NCBI GenBank assembly: GCA_964016885.1 | Contig: OZ024742.1 | Coordinates: 241,366,001-241,430,000 of the forward strand | Source: Eledone cirrhosa | Taxonomy: Eukaryota | Direction: 5' to 3' | DNA length: 64,000 bases | Part shown: positions 1-13,249 of the stretch, in pieces | Numbering within the stretch: the first letter of the stretch is position 1 | Layout: each line of letters begins with the position of its first letter | The notes under the pieces: generated by a model | Databases searched by the model: none | Told to the model about the DNA's origin: nothing | Seen by the model: only the letters and a program-made list of their open reading frames with translations | Translations under genes and position numbers: made by a program

Positions 1-22
1 AACTCTACTTTATGTATTGAAT

Positions 23-170
23 GATGGCTGCCTCCTCGTTATTGAGTATGGCCGTTGCACGATATACCATTATTAATTAATTATTAATTAATTCTATCGT
101 GCAATGTATGTGCGTGAAGATATTTTTTAAAGTGAGGAAAGACTGTGCACTGAGCCAATCCCACTCTCTG
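23..170 (-). mobile_element. 3' tail of RTE-type LINE or RTE-derived element
   Basis: Minus strand reads GGCCATACTCAATAACGAGGAGGCAGCCATC. The same tail recurs at ~26950, ~27455, ~42345 (+) and ~47700; at 27455 it follows an RTE-like Zn-finger remnant. Confidence 0.6.
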
Positions 171-424
171 AGCGACAGTAGCTATAACCCGAAAAGATCC
201 ACAGCATCGGTAACTGCTGAGCCGCAGATTTTATATCGGAGTTATCCCAGTTTCCTGAGTTCCTGACAAATGCTAGAGGTCCTTCACTCCCGGTGGTTTA
301 CCGCGTGATCTGGTGTCCAGCCCGACTATTTCTATGTCCCCGCGCATATACATACCCATGCACCTATGTATATACACATATACATACATATGTACATGTG
401 TATATACATATTTACACAATTTTG

Positions 425-585
425 GATAGCCATTGATTTTTATGAGTTCTTCCGCCCTTTGTCAGGTTGGTTTTGTTCTTTGTCCTGTAGGGTGTCCAAA
501 ATCCCCCTCCTCACCAAGTAAACTTGGTGGGGCTGTTGGTCTAGTCGCCGACGACCCGACCATGCGACAGGTTGTATTGAATACC
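425..585 (-). mobile_element. RTE-type 5' UTR-like fragment
   Basis: Homologous to 27870-28020 (CCCTCCTCACCAAG...GTCGCC-ACGACCCGACCATG-GACAGGTTGTA). Confidence 0.5.
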
Positions 586-734
586 CTCTTACTATGTATG
601 ATTGTAAATATATATATATATATATATTAGTAAAACACTTGTGGGTTATATCCGTAATATTAGAGCACTCAGTCCATGGGACGAGTTTGGTAGAAGTAGT
701 TCCACAACAGTTAATTCACCATTTGCTAGAACAA

Positions 735-1968
735 TTGCACATTGCCGGAAAACCCTTCTCTTCAACAATGGTGTAGCCTGGACAAAGAAATCAACTACTT
801 CAGAACTCTTCGACATATCAATGGGATCATTCGATAGTGCTGATATATGCGACACGGTTGGCTTATTTATATTAGATACTTTGCGAACTAGATTCCCGGA
901 CTTCCACTCGGGCTTATACTGCGACGATGGTCTGACCCCATCGAGTCATAAAAGTGATCACGATCTGGACCTTTTTAAAAAAAGATTTAATTGCAACATT
1001 TAATGAGTTAGCGCTTAGGATCACAGTAGCTACTAATCTTACTAGCGTAGATAACTTAGACATAAATTTAGGTCTTCGCACACATATCTTTAGACTCTTC
1101 CATAAACTAAATGAAAGCCTAAATTACATACACTCATGCCACCCAACTACAGTTTTTAGAAACTTTATGAAAAATATCGGCACTAGAATCTCTAACCTCT
1201 GTTCTAATCAAACAATCTTTGACAGAGCGGCACCCTATTACAAGGCGGCGTTAGCTAACAGCGGCTTCTCACAACCAGTTGCTTACTCCCCTCCTAGCGC
1301 CAACAACAATAGAAAAGGAAATCGTACTAACAGAAAAATAATTTGGTTCTTCTCCCTTCTCACTCAACGTTAAACGAATGTAGGTAAAAGACTTTTAGCT
1401 CTCTTAGATAGGCACTTACCCATAGGTCATAAATGCCGCTCCATCTTTAACAGACACATGGTGAAACTAGGATATTCCTGTGCTAAGAATATGAAGGCCC
1501 ACATCACCAAAAACCCTAAGAGCAGAACCCCACCAGGTTGCTTGTCCCCTTCAACAACAGTGCAACACATCCGCTGCAATTTACGAAGCTGTAGTCACTT
1601 CTAACCGACCAAATCAACAAGAAGCGGTCAAGTTCTACATAGGTATGGCGGAAGACCGGTTTAAAGAATGCTTCCTGAATCATCTGTCGACATTCAGAGA
1701 TCCGGACAAACGATCGTCCACGAAGCTCGCAAGCCACATATGATCCTTCAAGGATGCAGCCGTGGATTATTTCATTCAATGGAAAGTTATTATAAAGTCT
1801 AAGCCATACTAAAATGGGAACCCGTCTTGTAGGTTTTGCATTGAAGAAAGTATCAATATCATGAGGAGATTGCGTAATAGCGCTTGTCTAAATACAAGGA
1901 ATGAAATTTTCTCGCGTTGTCCACACGTTTCGAAACACCTATTACGTAATTTCAAAGCACCAGACTGA
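735..1968 (+). pseudogene. Disrupted PLE reverse transcriptase + GIY-YIG endonuclease ORF
   Basis: Track ORFs 641-1003 and 954-1373, plus manual translation of ~1543-1968: CPLQQQC..AIYEAVV..FYIGMAEDRFKECFLNH..STKLASHI*..IQWKVI..CRFCIEE..LNTRNEIFSRCPH. Contains frameshifts and in-frame stops. Confidence 0.85.
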
Positions 1969-2143
1969 CTACACGACGTAATAACTGGACTGAATAACAT
2001 GAATATTCTATTACATTTCGAGTTTTCACAAGTGTACGCCCCCATAGAACTAACGTGAGTTGCCTTCTCTTTGGGAAGTGACTTCTTCTGCACATGCGTA
2101 TTCGTTTAATTATTTTTCCTTTTCCGTATAATCTCATTTAAAG

Positions 2144-2179
2144 CGAGCTGATGATCCGAAGGTAAAACAATTGTTCTCG
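2144..2179 (+). ncRNA. Minimal type I hammerhead ribozyme in PLE pLTR (G12>A, probably inactive)
   Basis: cgag-CTGATGA-tccgaaggt-AAAA-caattg-TT-ctcg; stem I cgag/ctcg, palindromic stem III. Confidence 0.75.
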
Positions 2180-2211
2180 GAAATGGTGAATTAACTGTTG
2201 TAGAGTTACTC

Positions 2212-2252
<41 letters not shown>

Positions 2253-2256
<4 letters not shown>

Positions 2257-3261
2257 CGAATCGCTGCTGTTAGCGGCACCATTTAGTGTTTACCCCGTTC
2301 TTTGGTAGAACGAAATTTCTGTTGATGAAATGAGTCCTCTGTTCGATCATGAATACCACGAGCTTACAAGTTACGTATGTCTGATATTTGATTTCGGATT
2401 CATAGAAACACTTTAAACGTATAACGTTTGATTTGTCCAGGTGTATTTTTTGAACCTGTTAGTTCTTTCGTTACTTTGATATTGTGTGTTAGATTTTGCC
2501 TACCACAATGTTCAATTTGACAAGCTATTTAAACGTATGTTATTACTCTAAGGACCTACCTACCCTTGTCGAGTGCTTTGCTAACTCATTCATATCGTAG
2601 GTCGAATTTGCTTGCACACCGCCAAAGATTCGATTTTAGTAAGCCTCCAATTATATTATTTTCTCCAAGATTTAATAATTAACTAATTAATTAAATTAGA
2701 CACTTCTGTTGATTGGTTAATTATTTGTGTTTGTTTAATAACATATGGTTGAGAGCTTATTCTTAATGTTAGCGGAAATTATAATATTTCCTTTGTCTAA
2801 CACTTTGAATGACCCGCCCCAAAACCGGGGTTTATTTCCCTTGTTGGAAATAACACATGACAACTAAATGTTCGAATCGCTGCTGTTAGCGGCACCATTT
2901 AGTGTTTCGCCCCGTTCTTTGGTAGAACAAAATTCCTGTTGATGAAATGAGTCCTCTGTTCGATCATGAATACCACGAGCTTACAAGTTACGTAAGTCTG
3001 ATATTTGATTTCGGATTCATAGAAACACTCTAAACGTATAACGTTTGATTTGTCCAGGTGTATTTTTTCAACCTGTTAGTTCTTTCGTTACTTTGGTATT
3101 GTGTGTTAGATTTTGCCTATCACAATGTTCAATTTGTCAAGCTATTTAAACGTATGTTATTACTCTAAGGACCTACCCTTGTCGATTGCTTTGCTAACTC
3201 ATTCATATCGTAGGTCGAATTTGTTTGCACACCGCCAAAGATTCGATTTTACTAAGTCTCC

Positions 3262-3265
<4 letters not shown>
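2253..3265. repeat. 617-bp-period partial tandem (about 1.65 units) between (TA)n tracts
   Basis: 2253-2655 recurs at 2870-3265 with few differences. Confidence 0.85.
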
Positions 3266-3316
<51 letters not shown>

Positions 3317-3574
3317 AAAATATGGGTTGAGGAAGGCGAGTGTGTGTGGTTACTGATAACAAATGTTAGAAGGTAAGGCGACACAAACAAGAGATGGACG
3401 ATTCCCTTTCGTCAGCTGTTTACTACGGATCACGGGTGTTTCGGCGCATTATAAACAGAACATCTATCCGTAGCCACGAGGGAAAGAAACGATAGCGAAG
3501 GGAGAGGAAGAGAGAAAATAGAGAGAAGAAAAAAGAAAGAAAAATAGAAAAAAGAAGTAAACATACCGATAGAA

Positions 3575-3608
<34 letters not shown>

Positions 3609-3625
3609 ATCTATCTCTCTCTCTC

Positions 3626-3732
<107 letters not shown>

Positions 3733-3754
3733 GTGTATATATATATATATATAT

Positions 3755-3798
3755 AAGTATGTATACGTACATACATATATGTATACAGACGTACAGTA

Positions 3799-3867
<69 letters not shown>

Positions 3868-4290
3868 CATGCACACATATATATATGTACGTATGGTTTC
3901 ACCGAACATTTATTATAATGCTCGGTGTGTTTGTAAACAAACATCCCGAATTAAGCCGTACAGTGTACTAGTTTCAACCTTATTAGCTATCGTAATAAGC
4001 TTGAAACTAGTACATCGTTCCTTTGTCAGTGTTGAACAAATAAGCAACGATGGTTGCTAGACACTGTACGGCTTAATTCTGGATGTTTATTTACAAACAC
4101 ACCGAGCGTTATAATAAATGTTCGGTGAATCCATACGTACATATATATATGTGTGCATGTATATATATATATATATATATATATACAACTGTACGTCTGT
4201 ATACATATATGTATGTACGTATACATACTTATATTTAAGTAACAGCCGTACTAAGAGTGAAAAATGAAATTTCGTTTCATTTTTTCCGTT
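3755..4290. mobile_element. Fold-back (inverted) copy of a relative of the 467-bp hammerhead family
   Basis: Arms ~3755-3967 and ~4062-4230 are reverse complements; the centre carries AAGCTTGAAACTAGTACATCGTT, as in the ribozyme at 6646-6690. Confidence 0.75.
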
Positions 4291-4342
4291 TATATATATA
4301 TACATATATATATATGTATATATATATATATGTATGTATATG

Positions 4343-4694
<352 letters not shown>

Positions 4695-4729
4695 ATACTG
4701 TATATATATAAATATATACATACTTTGAT

Positions 4730-4912
4730 ACTTTAATAGGTTTCGGCCAGTATTGGCCCAGGCCATGTCTAACTTAATAGCACCACCTGGCGAAGTCTTA
4801 CAAATCAGTGTTTGGGCACCATGGCCCACCCGAGCAGAGAGTTATTGTTTACGGAGGCATATCCGGGTGTAGGAGGCTTATCCGGGATTTCTTGAAGGAA
4901 TTTATCCAAAGA
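4730..4912 (-). mobile_element. 3' end of a CR1/L2-group LINE
   Basis: Translation [27 protein letters not shown] resembles CR1-group ORF2 C-termini. Confidence 0.65.
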
Positions 4913-4916
4913 TATA

Positions 4917-5005
<89 letters not shown>

Positions 5006-5017
5006 GTATATATTTAT

Positions 5018-5065
<48 letters not shown>

Positions 5066-5100
5066 GTATATATGTACATATGTATATGTATATATGTATA

Positions 5101-5375
5101 TATTGTTATACTTGGGGAGGGTCATATTTGTGTAATAATATTGCCGGAATTAATAACAGAACACACTCACTGTTTGGTTGGTTTTCGCTTCTGTGTCTTT
5201 TATATCGGTTAATTTAATTTATTCAGTCCTCAATGTTGACATTGACTGACCAACGGTCAAAAATACAGATACAATATAGACACAAACACATATATATATA
5301 GTCTATCAAAGTTCTTTCGTTGCACATCTGCAACACCGTCAGTGGTGCTAATGTTTCCTCCCGTTGCATTGTATG
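5101..5375 (-). repeat. Dispersed ~270-bp repeat (family Y) with hammerhead-like core
   Basis: Homologous to both arms of 31192-31743. Confidence 0.7.
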
Positions 5376-5656
5376 TCTACGCCATCCTTATTTAGTCTGT
5401 TTATATATTTATTTATTTGTTTATTTTTTGTCTTCTCTGCGCATGCGTTTGTGTGTGTGTATAGTGTTTTGTTTGATGTGTGTTTGTGTTTGGGTGACTG
5501 TGTATTGGTTAATGTATTCTATCTTTACTAGTGTGTGTTTATATGAGTTTGTTGTTATTGTGCTTGTGTATGTATTTATTTATTTATCTATTTATTTATT
5601 TATTTATACTTCTCTTAGGTCAGTGTTGTTTGTTTGGGTGTTGTTGTTATTCCATT

Positions 5657-5728
<72 letters not shown>

Positions 5729-6062
5729 GTATATATATATATGTGTATATATGTGTATATATATGTATATATATATATGTATATATGTGTATATGTATAT
5801 ATATATATAAGTATATATGTGTATATATATGTGTATATATGTGTATATATATGTATATATATATATATATAATATGTATTTCTAATCATAATTTATATAC
5901 ATAAGCATACACATGCACTGGGGTTTATCAGATTGGTCAGTAAACAAGCTTCAAGTAGCTCTGGTAAATAGTCCAAGTGCCTTTTACAAGATTCACCTAT
6001 TGACCAATATTTTAGGAGAACAATTTTGTAAAACAAAACTATGCAGAAAACCTACACACACA

Positions 6063-6214
<152 letters not shown>

Positions 6215-6425
6215 GAATATATACCTGCGTGTCCAGAATCAGACATATCCGCACAATGATCGCGTCTCGAGCTGTCCGCCGGCGAAACAATTGTAACACA
6301 CAATAAATTGAGTTCAGATGCATCACTGATTTTTCGTTTTCTATTCTATCATACGCTGCTCTGTCAGAGCATAGAGTGCTCAACCGGCATACCGCCTATG
6401 GAAGCATCTTAGCTACCATTAGACA

Positions 6426-6459
<34 letters not shown>

Positions 6460-6483
6460 AATATATATACATATATATATATA

Positions 6484-6615
6484 TAACGAAGGAAATGTGG
6501 TAAGGAACCAGGTGGACCATAACGCACCAAAGTACTCAATACTTGAGGTAGTAGAGTGGGTAATAGGAACCAGTAAGACCCCGACAGCTGAGCTCAAGCC
6601 GTTTCGACGGCTAAT
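6484..6615 (-). repeat. Dispersed pLTR-like repeat (family X)
   Basis: Homologous to 30905-31130 and 46482-46665; more distant relatives at ~44080-44175 and ~45199-45315. Confidence 0.7.
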
Positions 6616-6645
6616 TCGAACGTTCAACTATCTGGCAGATGGGTA

Positions 6646-6690
6646 AACGGTGCTGATGATAGCTAACAAGCTTGAAACTAGTACATCGTT
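6646..6690 (+). ncRNA. Type I hammerhead ribozyme (467-bp family)
   Basis: aacggtg-CTGATGA-t-agct-aaca-agct-t-GAAA-ctag-TA-catcgtt; stem I pairs, palindromic stem III, GUA site. Confidence 0.85.
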
Positions 6691-7111
6691 CCTGTGTCAG
6701 TGTTGAACAAAAAGGTGACGTGGTTGCCTTAACACCGTATGGCATAAATTCAGGCTGTTCAGTTTGTTTACAAACGAACAAAGCGACGTTAGCGCCGCTA
6801 AACTGATACGTGCATATATGTATGTGTACCTGTATGCATATGTATGTATATGTGTATATATATATATATATGTGCATGCTACTGTACGTCTGTATACATA
6901 TATGTATGTACGTATACATGCATACTTACATTTAAGTAAGTGCCATACTAAGAGTGAGAAATGAAATTTCGTTTTCATTTTGTTTCAATTTATCGTTTTC
7001 GGTATGCCTGACCGATTTAACTCACTCAATATGCAAATTAGGCTGCTCAGCCGTTAATTTTCATAAGGAAAGTATATACTTTCGAACGTTCAACTATCTG
7101 GCAGATGGGTA

Positions 7112-7156
7112 AACGGTGCTGATGATAGCTAACAAGCTTGAAACTAGTACATCGTT
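7112..7156 (+). ncRNA. Type I hammerhead ribozyme (467-bp family)
   Basis: Identical to 6646-6690. Confidence 0.85.
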
Positions 7157-7579
7157 CCTGTGTCAGTGTTGAACAAAAAGGTGACGTGGTTGCCTTAACA
7201 CCGTATGGCATAAATTCAGGCTGTTCAGTTTGTTTACAAACGAACAAAGCGACGTTAGCGCCGCTAAACTGATACGTGCATATATGTATGTGTACCTGTA
7301 TGCATATGTATGTATATGTGTATATATATATATATATATGTGCATGCTACTGTACGTCTGTATACATATATGTATGTACGTATACATGCATACTTACATT
7401 TAAGTAAGTGCCATACTAAGAGTGAGAAATGAAATTTCGTTTTCATTTTGTTTCAATTTATCGTTTTCGGTATGCCTGACCGATTTAACTCACTCAATAT
7501 GCAAATTAGGCTGCTCAGCCGTTAATTTTCATAAGGAAAGTATATACTTTCGAACGTTCAACTATCTGGCAGATGGGTA

Positions 7580-7624
7580 AACGGTGCTGATGATAGCTAA
7601 CAAGCTTGAAACTAGTACATCGTT
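7580..7624 (+). ncRNA. Type I hammerhead ribozyme (467-bp family)
   Basis: Identical to 6646-6690. Confidence 0.85.
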
Positions 7625-7921
7625 CCTGTGTCAGTGTTGAACAAAAAGGTGACGTGGTTGCCTTAACACCGTATGGCATAAATTCAGGCTGTTCAGTTTG
7701 TTTACAAACGAACAAAGCGACGTTAGCGCCGCTAAACTGATACGTGCATATATGTATGTGTACCTGTATGCATATGTATGTATATGTGTATATATATATA
7801 TATATATGCATGCTACTGTACGTCTGTATACATATATGTATGTACGTATACATGCATACTTACATTTAAGTAAGTGCCATACTAAGAGTGAGAAATGAAA
7901 TTTCGTTTTCATTTTGTTTCA

Positions 7922-7974
<53 letters not shown>

Positions 7975-8212
7975 CATAGATAGAGAGAGAGATAAAAAGA
8001 AAAAATGAGAAAGATAGATGGAGAGTGAAAGGGGAGAGAGGGGGAGAAAGAGAAAGGGGGTTACATCCATAAATAAAGAAAAGGGGAGAGAGGATGTATT
8101 TCAGTGTGTATAACATTACTATTATTGCTGTTGACATAACCACTTTTACAGCTTATATTTCGATACAATTATTGTTATAATTACAACAGCTGTTCTAGAC
8201 TCGGCATCATGG

Positions 8213-8260
<48 letters not shown>

Positions 8261-8381
8261 GCTACTGTTACTACTACTACTACTACTACTGCTCTGCTGC
8301 TGCTGCTGCTACTACTACTACTAAATTATAAACATACACATGTATTTGCTTTGTTATTTCTGTTTGCCTTTTACATGCATG

Positions 8382-8448
<67 letters not shown>

Positions 8449-8458
8449 ATATATATAT

Positions 8459-8512
<54 letters not shown>

Positions 8513-8610
8513 TGCATAAATATATATACATACATAGAAATGTACATATATTTACGCACACATACAAACACACTCACATAGACAGAAGAGAGAGAGAGAA
8601 TATATTTCTG

Positions 8611-8648
<38 letters not shown>

Positions 8649-9086
8649 GCACTACTACTACTGCTGCTGCTGCTGCTGCTACTACTGCTGCTGCTGCTCC
8701 TGCTACTAATACTACAATTACTAATAATACTAGGTTTCATTAAATTTATTTTTGCTTTTGCTATAGACGCGATAGCACAGCTACCAATTCTATCTCAAAG
8801 AAAGTCTGTTGTCCTATTTACACTTTCCCTCAAAAAGATAGGGTTGGACACGACTGGAACCTTTTGATAATATATCTTTTCTTTCAAGCCTGGCCTAGGG
8901 CTAAAATACGACACTATGATATGTGGCGCTTACTACATTACTGCAGAACTAAGAAAAATATCGACAGTTATTTTTGCTGAATAAGGTTTTTTTCCTGTTT
9001 GATTCTGGATTGACTCACTGGTGAGGTGGTGTGGTGGTAGTGAGGAGGTTTGGTGGTAGTGAGGTGGTGCGGTGGTAGTTAGGTGT

Positions 9087-9131
<45 letters not shown>

Positions 9132-9756
9132 CGGTGATGTGGTGTGTGATAGAGGTAAAATCTTGATTAGATAGCTTACTATGATATCATTTATAAATGG
9201 TATATGTTATATTTTAAGGTGATGAATTTGCACAATCGTTAAACATCGGATGAAATTACTTGGCGTCATTTGTTCTAGCTCTCTTAATTCCGGGTTTAAA
9301 TCTCAAAAAGGATTTGAATTTTGGGTGTGGTTAAATAAAGTACCAGTCCAAAGCAATGGAATTTAATAATTACATTCTGAGTTCAAATTTACCCCCTTAC
9401 CCGTGCCCCATCAACAGTAAGGTTATTGCGAAGTGCTGCGAATTGATTCCAGAAATGCTTTTTTTTGCGGTTTTGTCTGCCGAGCCCATCACCCTCCTGT
9501 TCTTCTGTGACCCTAAAGCCCTTGTCTTTCCTTTTCCGTTTTTAAATATTAAAAAGAGAATGTTTATGAAACTCAAACGAAGTCACATAAACTAAATTTA
9601 TGCGCATTCATAAAAGAGCTTTGCATTTGGAAGGTGTAGCATGTCTTTCAATGTTTATATGTACTAGCTGAATTCATGGAAATCCCACGAGTTAACTAAA
9701 AACAACCACTAAGACATTCCGGCTGTATTGTTAAGTTATATACATAATCTCTCCCC

Positions 9757-9825
<69 letters not shown>

Positions 9826-10074
9826 GGGCGAAACAGATTGAGTCTAAAATCTGTCCGAGAGATGAAATGTTTTTGATACGGTCAGTATAAAATTAATATA
9901 TCATACTGTATGGTTAAGATTAAATTTTTAAAACATTAGTGTTATCTTATACCCCCGTAATTTTAGACACGAGATTTACTGTGTTTATTTATACATATAT
10001 ATTACTATATAATCTCGGTATTTATACTTTGAGCTTGTTTTAATTGCAGAGTACCTAACAGTTAGAAAAAGATC

Positions 10075-10690
10075 CGGTTAAGTGAAATATCCGGATAAGT
10101 GAATTCTAAAATCCCATTGTTACATAATGCTCGTGGTTTCTAATGTTTTGGCTTCTTTTAGTCAAAATAAAAGACAAATGCTAAGTAAAGAAAGTTTATT
10201 AGAATAACAAAAGAACAGCTAGAATTTATAAGAAAATTAATTAAACAAACATAAGAATAACTAAAAACATGGTAAAACTGAATTGAGTCAAACCATAAAA
10301 AGTTAGTACTTTTTAAAAAATGAATAAATAGAAGATTGTTTTCGCGCCGAAGCTCGTCGTTCCGCTACCATTTCGCGCTACCATTTCCACGCAATAGCTG
10401 AACGGTCAACCACCTCCCTCATGTTTATCGCACGTAAAAATGGAATTATTCCCGTGTCCCCTTTTCCGATCAAATCCCGCAGCAATTGTTTTCTGTAAAT
10501 CTGCTTTAGTGTCTCCAATACTCCCTGGTCCATTGGCTGAATAAGTGACGTAACGTTCGCCGGAAGAAATGCTGCCCGAATCTGTCCGTCTGCCGAAATC
10601 AAGTCCTCCTCATCCGGAGGTAGTATAGAAATAGCCGTCCGGTAAATCGAATTTCGGAAAAGCGATATCCGGATAAGCGAAGATGCACTG
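10075..10690 (-). mobile_element. pogo/Tigger DNA transposon remnant
   Basis: ORF 10378-10602 FLPANVTSLIQPMDQGVLETLKQIYRK is a DDE_1 pogo-type motif. TIR-like end CAGTGCATCTTCGCTTATCCGG at 10690 abuts TA. Left boundary uncertain. Confidence 0.8.
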
Positions 10691-11436
10691 TATATATATA
10701 TATTCGAAAGTAATGTTTTTTAATATATTCACTCGGGTAAAAATATGGGGAAAAGAAGTCGAAAATGCTATTGGAGTCTTTCAGAAGGTTTATTTACAAT
10801 AATTTATGACTTAACTGGTTTCACAAGTTTCATAATTTTCAAAAGTCAAGAGAGATGGAGAAATGTGTAGCTATGCCGACTTGTAACTTGTACTAATGTT
10901 GGGAATTTCTTCCAGTTATATACAGAAAATGTGACTCAGATTGCTATATGTTCGAAGTACAATTTGATAGGTTGAAAACGATCACGTGGTTAGGCATCGA
11001 ATATTTTGATCATTTCGCGCCAAAAATCGGAGTCTCTTGGTTCCTTCAGTTCTTTGCAGAGAAGTGACTCAAGTTCAAGGTTTATTTCATAAACTGAAAC
11101 CATTGTAGTTTTTGTAGAAGAAACAGGAAGACAACAACTGGAAAGTTTGATTTTCTAGAACTTGAGGGTTTTAACCTAGTTACACTGATTTCAAGTGGCA
11201 AGAAAAATTATATCACGGGATTAGACATCGAGTTTTGTGATACTTTCGCACTAGAAAATGGTAATGAATGTGGACAGTAGCAGTTCGTGCCTGCTGTAAT
11301 AGCATTTGGTATTGTTCTTGTGTCAATGCCCACAATTCAAAAGTACAGGAATTTTCTTTATATATGCGTGTTATTTTTTGTGTGTGCTATGTCCGAATAA
11401 CAATAACAACAACAAAAAAATTACCATCAACAATAA

Positions 11437-11835
11437 TAATTGTTTCTACTTTTGGCAGAGGGCCAGCAATTACCCAGTGGTTTACTGGTGCTTTATTTTA
11501 TCGACAACGTAAGGATGAAAGGCAAAGTTAATCTCGGAGGGATTTGAACTCAGAATGGCAAGGGCTGTAACTCTATGCGTCAAAGCATACTGCCAATCCA
11601 CATCAACCATAATAATTGTTTCTTATATAGGCACAAGGCCAGCAATTTTTGGAGGAGGGGAAAGTCGATTAAATCGACCCCAGTGCGTGACTGGTACTTT
11701 ATTTTATCGACCCCGTAAGGATGAAAGGCAAAGTTAACCTCGGCGGGATTTGAACTCAGATCATAAAGGACCGTAACTCTATGCGTCAAAGTATGGCGTC
11801 CGACCCTCTACCGATACTGCCAATCCACCGCCCCC
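11437..11835 (-). mobile_element. Two tandem tRNA-derived SINE copies (SINE-A)
   Basis: A-box-like TGGCAGTATCGG, B-box GAGTTCAAATCC, body GCCTTTCATCCTTACGGGGTCGATAAAATAAAGTACCAG. Confidence 0.85.
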
Positions 11836-11896
11836 ACATCAACCATAATAATAATGGTCCAATCAGCAAAACGAACAAGGATTGTACGTGATTGTG

Positions 11897-12303
11897 TATA
11901 TACTCACATATACACAAATACATACACAGATACATAATATATCTACACTCTCTCCACCACCACATTTACACTCACACAAGTCAACCCCCAACCTATTTTT
12001 AGCCGAACTCCCACTGTCATCACCTTTATTTCTCTCGCCCTCCCCATCTCTCTGTAATATGAGCAAATGGGGTCCCACGTGCTGGCCTCCCCACACAACC
12101 CCGGCGGACAGAATAGGGAAGGCGTTTCCCCGGAGGATGGTAATGGAGATGCGATGGAAGAGCCATTCCATCTCGCGAGGCTCACACCTGCTGCTGGCCA
12201 GCTCAGGACCTATGGTGGTAATTAGAGAGGTAGCCCTAGCGCCAAGGACACCAGATGTCTCCACTGCCAAGGGCACGACCGCAAATCTGTCGGAGAGCGA
12301 CAG
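11897..12303 (-). mobile_element. 5'-truncated CRE-like (restriction-like endonuclease) non-LTR retrotransposon
   Basis: FAVVPLAVETSGVLG..EWLFHRISITILRGNAF matches the CRE-type RLE C-terminus; 13-bp direct repeat GTACGTGATTGTG at 11884-11896 and 12304-12316 (TSD). Confidence 0.8.
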
Positions 12304-12651
12304 GTACGTGATTGTGGTGTGAGTGTGTGTATGTGTTTGTGTGTGAGATATAGGGTATCTCAACACACAATCCAAGAAATACAGTCATATCGCACCATTA
12401 AAACCCAAGAATGAAAATACCATTGGAAACTCATAAAATAATCAAAAGTAAAAGACAACCCAAATCACTTAAAAAAACTACTCACTAGCGCCAAATTACC
12501 CATCACAAACACATCACCAACAGTAAAAAAAGTGCAGTCGCCCTAATTGCGGTATTTGTATTGAAGAGACTGTACAAATTTAAATCAAGACAAACAATTT
12601 TTGTAAAAAAACATTTCACCTGTTCAACAAACATTTAATATATGCCATTAA

Positions 12652-12874
12652 CCCTTTAGCATTTACACCGGCCATACCCGGCCAGAATTCACTCACCGCT
12701 TTCTGTTCAAACTGGCCATAATCTGCTACTCATACTTAGGTTAAGGTAATGTTCTCAAATAAATAATATCAAATCTCATAATTTCGAGATTATATGAGAG
12801 AGCTAATTATGTGAGGTAAACCCTTTACCATGAAAATATAATAGTAAATATAGAGTAATGTAAATACTAAAGGG
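12652..12874. mobile_element. piggyBac-type MITE
   Basis: TTAA|CCCTTTAGCATTTACA ... TGTAAATACTAAAGGG|TTAA terminal inverted repeats with TTAA TSD. Confidence 0.8.
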
Positions 12875-13249
12875 TTAAATGTAAAGAGTGAAACGAAGAC
12901 TATATCGAGTAAACCAATTCACCCTCAGAAAGAGAATGACAATTCACCCGCCAACAATTGCGAGACCCGCCATAAGACAGATAACATATAGTGAGCACGT
13001 AGATTTGTGTGAAACGAACAAATCCTCCAAATTCCAGGTCTTTCCATTATATCGTTGTCTAGATAATGTCACAGAGCAAACACAAATAAATAAATGAAAT
13101 ATATTTATTGTAAAATACAAACCACGTCTGAATAGACGCTAACTACACCCCCCACCACCACACACATGTACACGTAATATTTGTCACCTTACTAATAGAA
13201 TTATTAGCATCTTTATTATTGCTATTGTTGTTGGCATTATTATGTTGCC

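Larger units (their letters stand above)
690..2215 (+). mobile_element. 5'-truncated Penelope-like retroelement (Naiad/Chlamys-like) with 3' pLTR and short inverted 5' pLTR copy
   Basis: RT motifs FDISMGSFDSADICDTVGLFIL and GLYCDDGL; downstream GIY-YIG segment; hammerhead at 2144-2179; 690-735 is the reverse complement of ~2168-2212; ends in (TA)n. Confidence 0.9.
6615..7925 (+). mobile_element. Tandem retrozyme-like repeat, 466-468-bp unit, about 2.8 copies
   Basis: Near-identical units with CTGATGA at 6653, 7119 and 7587; ends in (TA)n. Confidence 0.85.

Noticed and set aside
1735-1812. In-frame TGA in the PLE endonuclease as possible selenocysteine (reported for some Naiads)
   Set aside because: The TGA falls at an expected Trp (HIW), not Cys, and the copy has other stops and frameshifts.
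10805-10850. Minus-strand decayed hammerhead-like shape
   Set aside because: Stem II not convincing; too degenerate to call.
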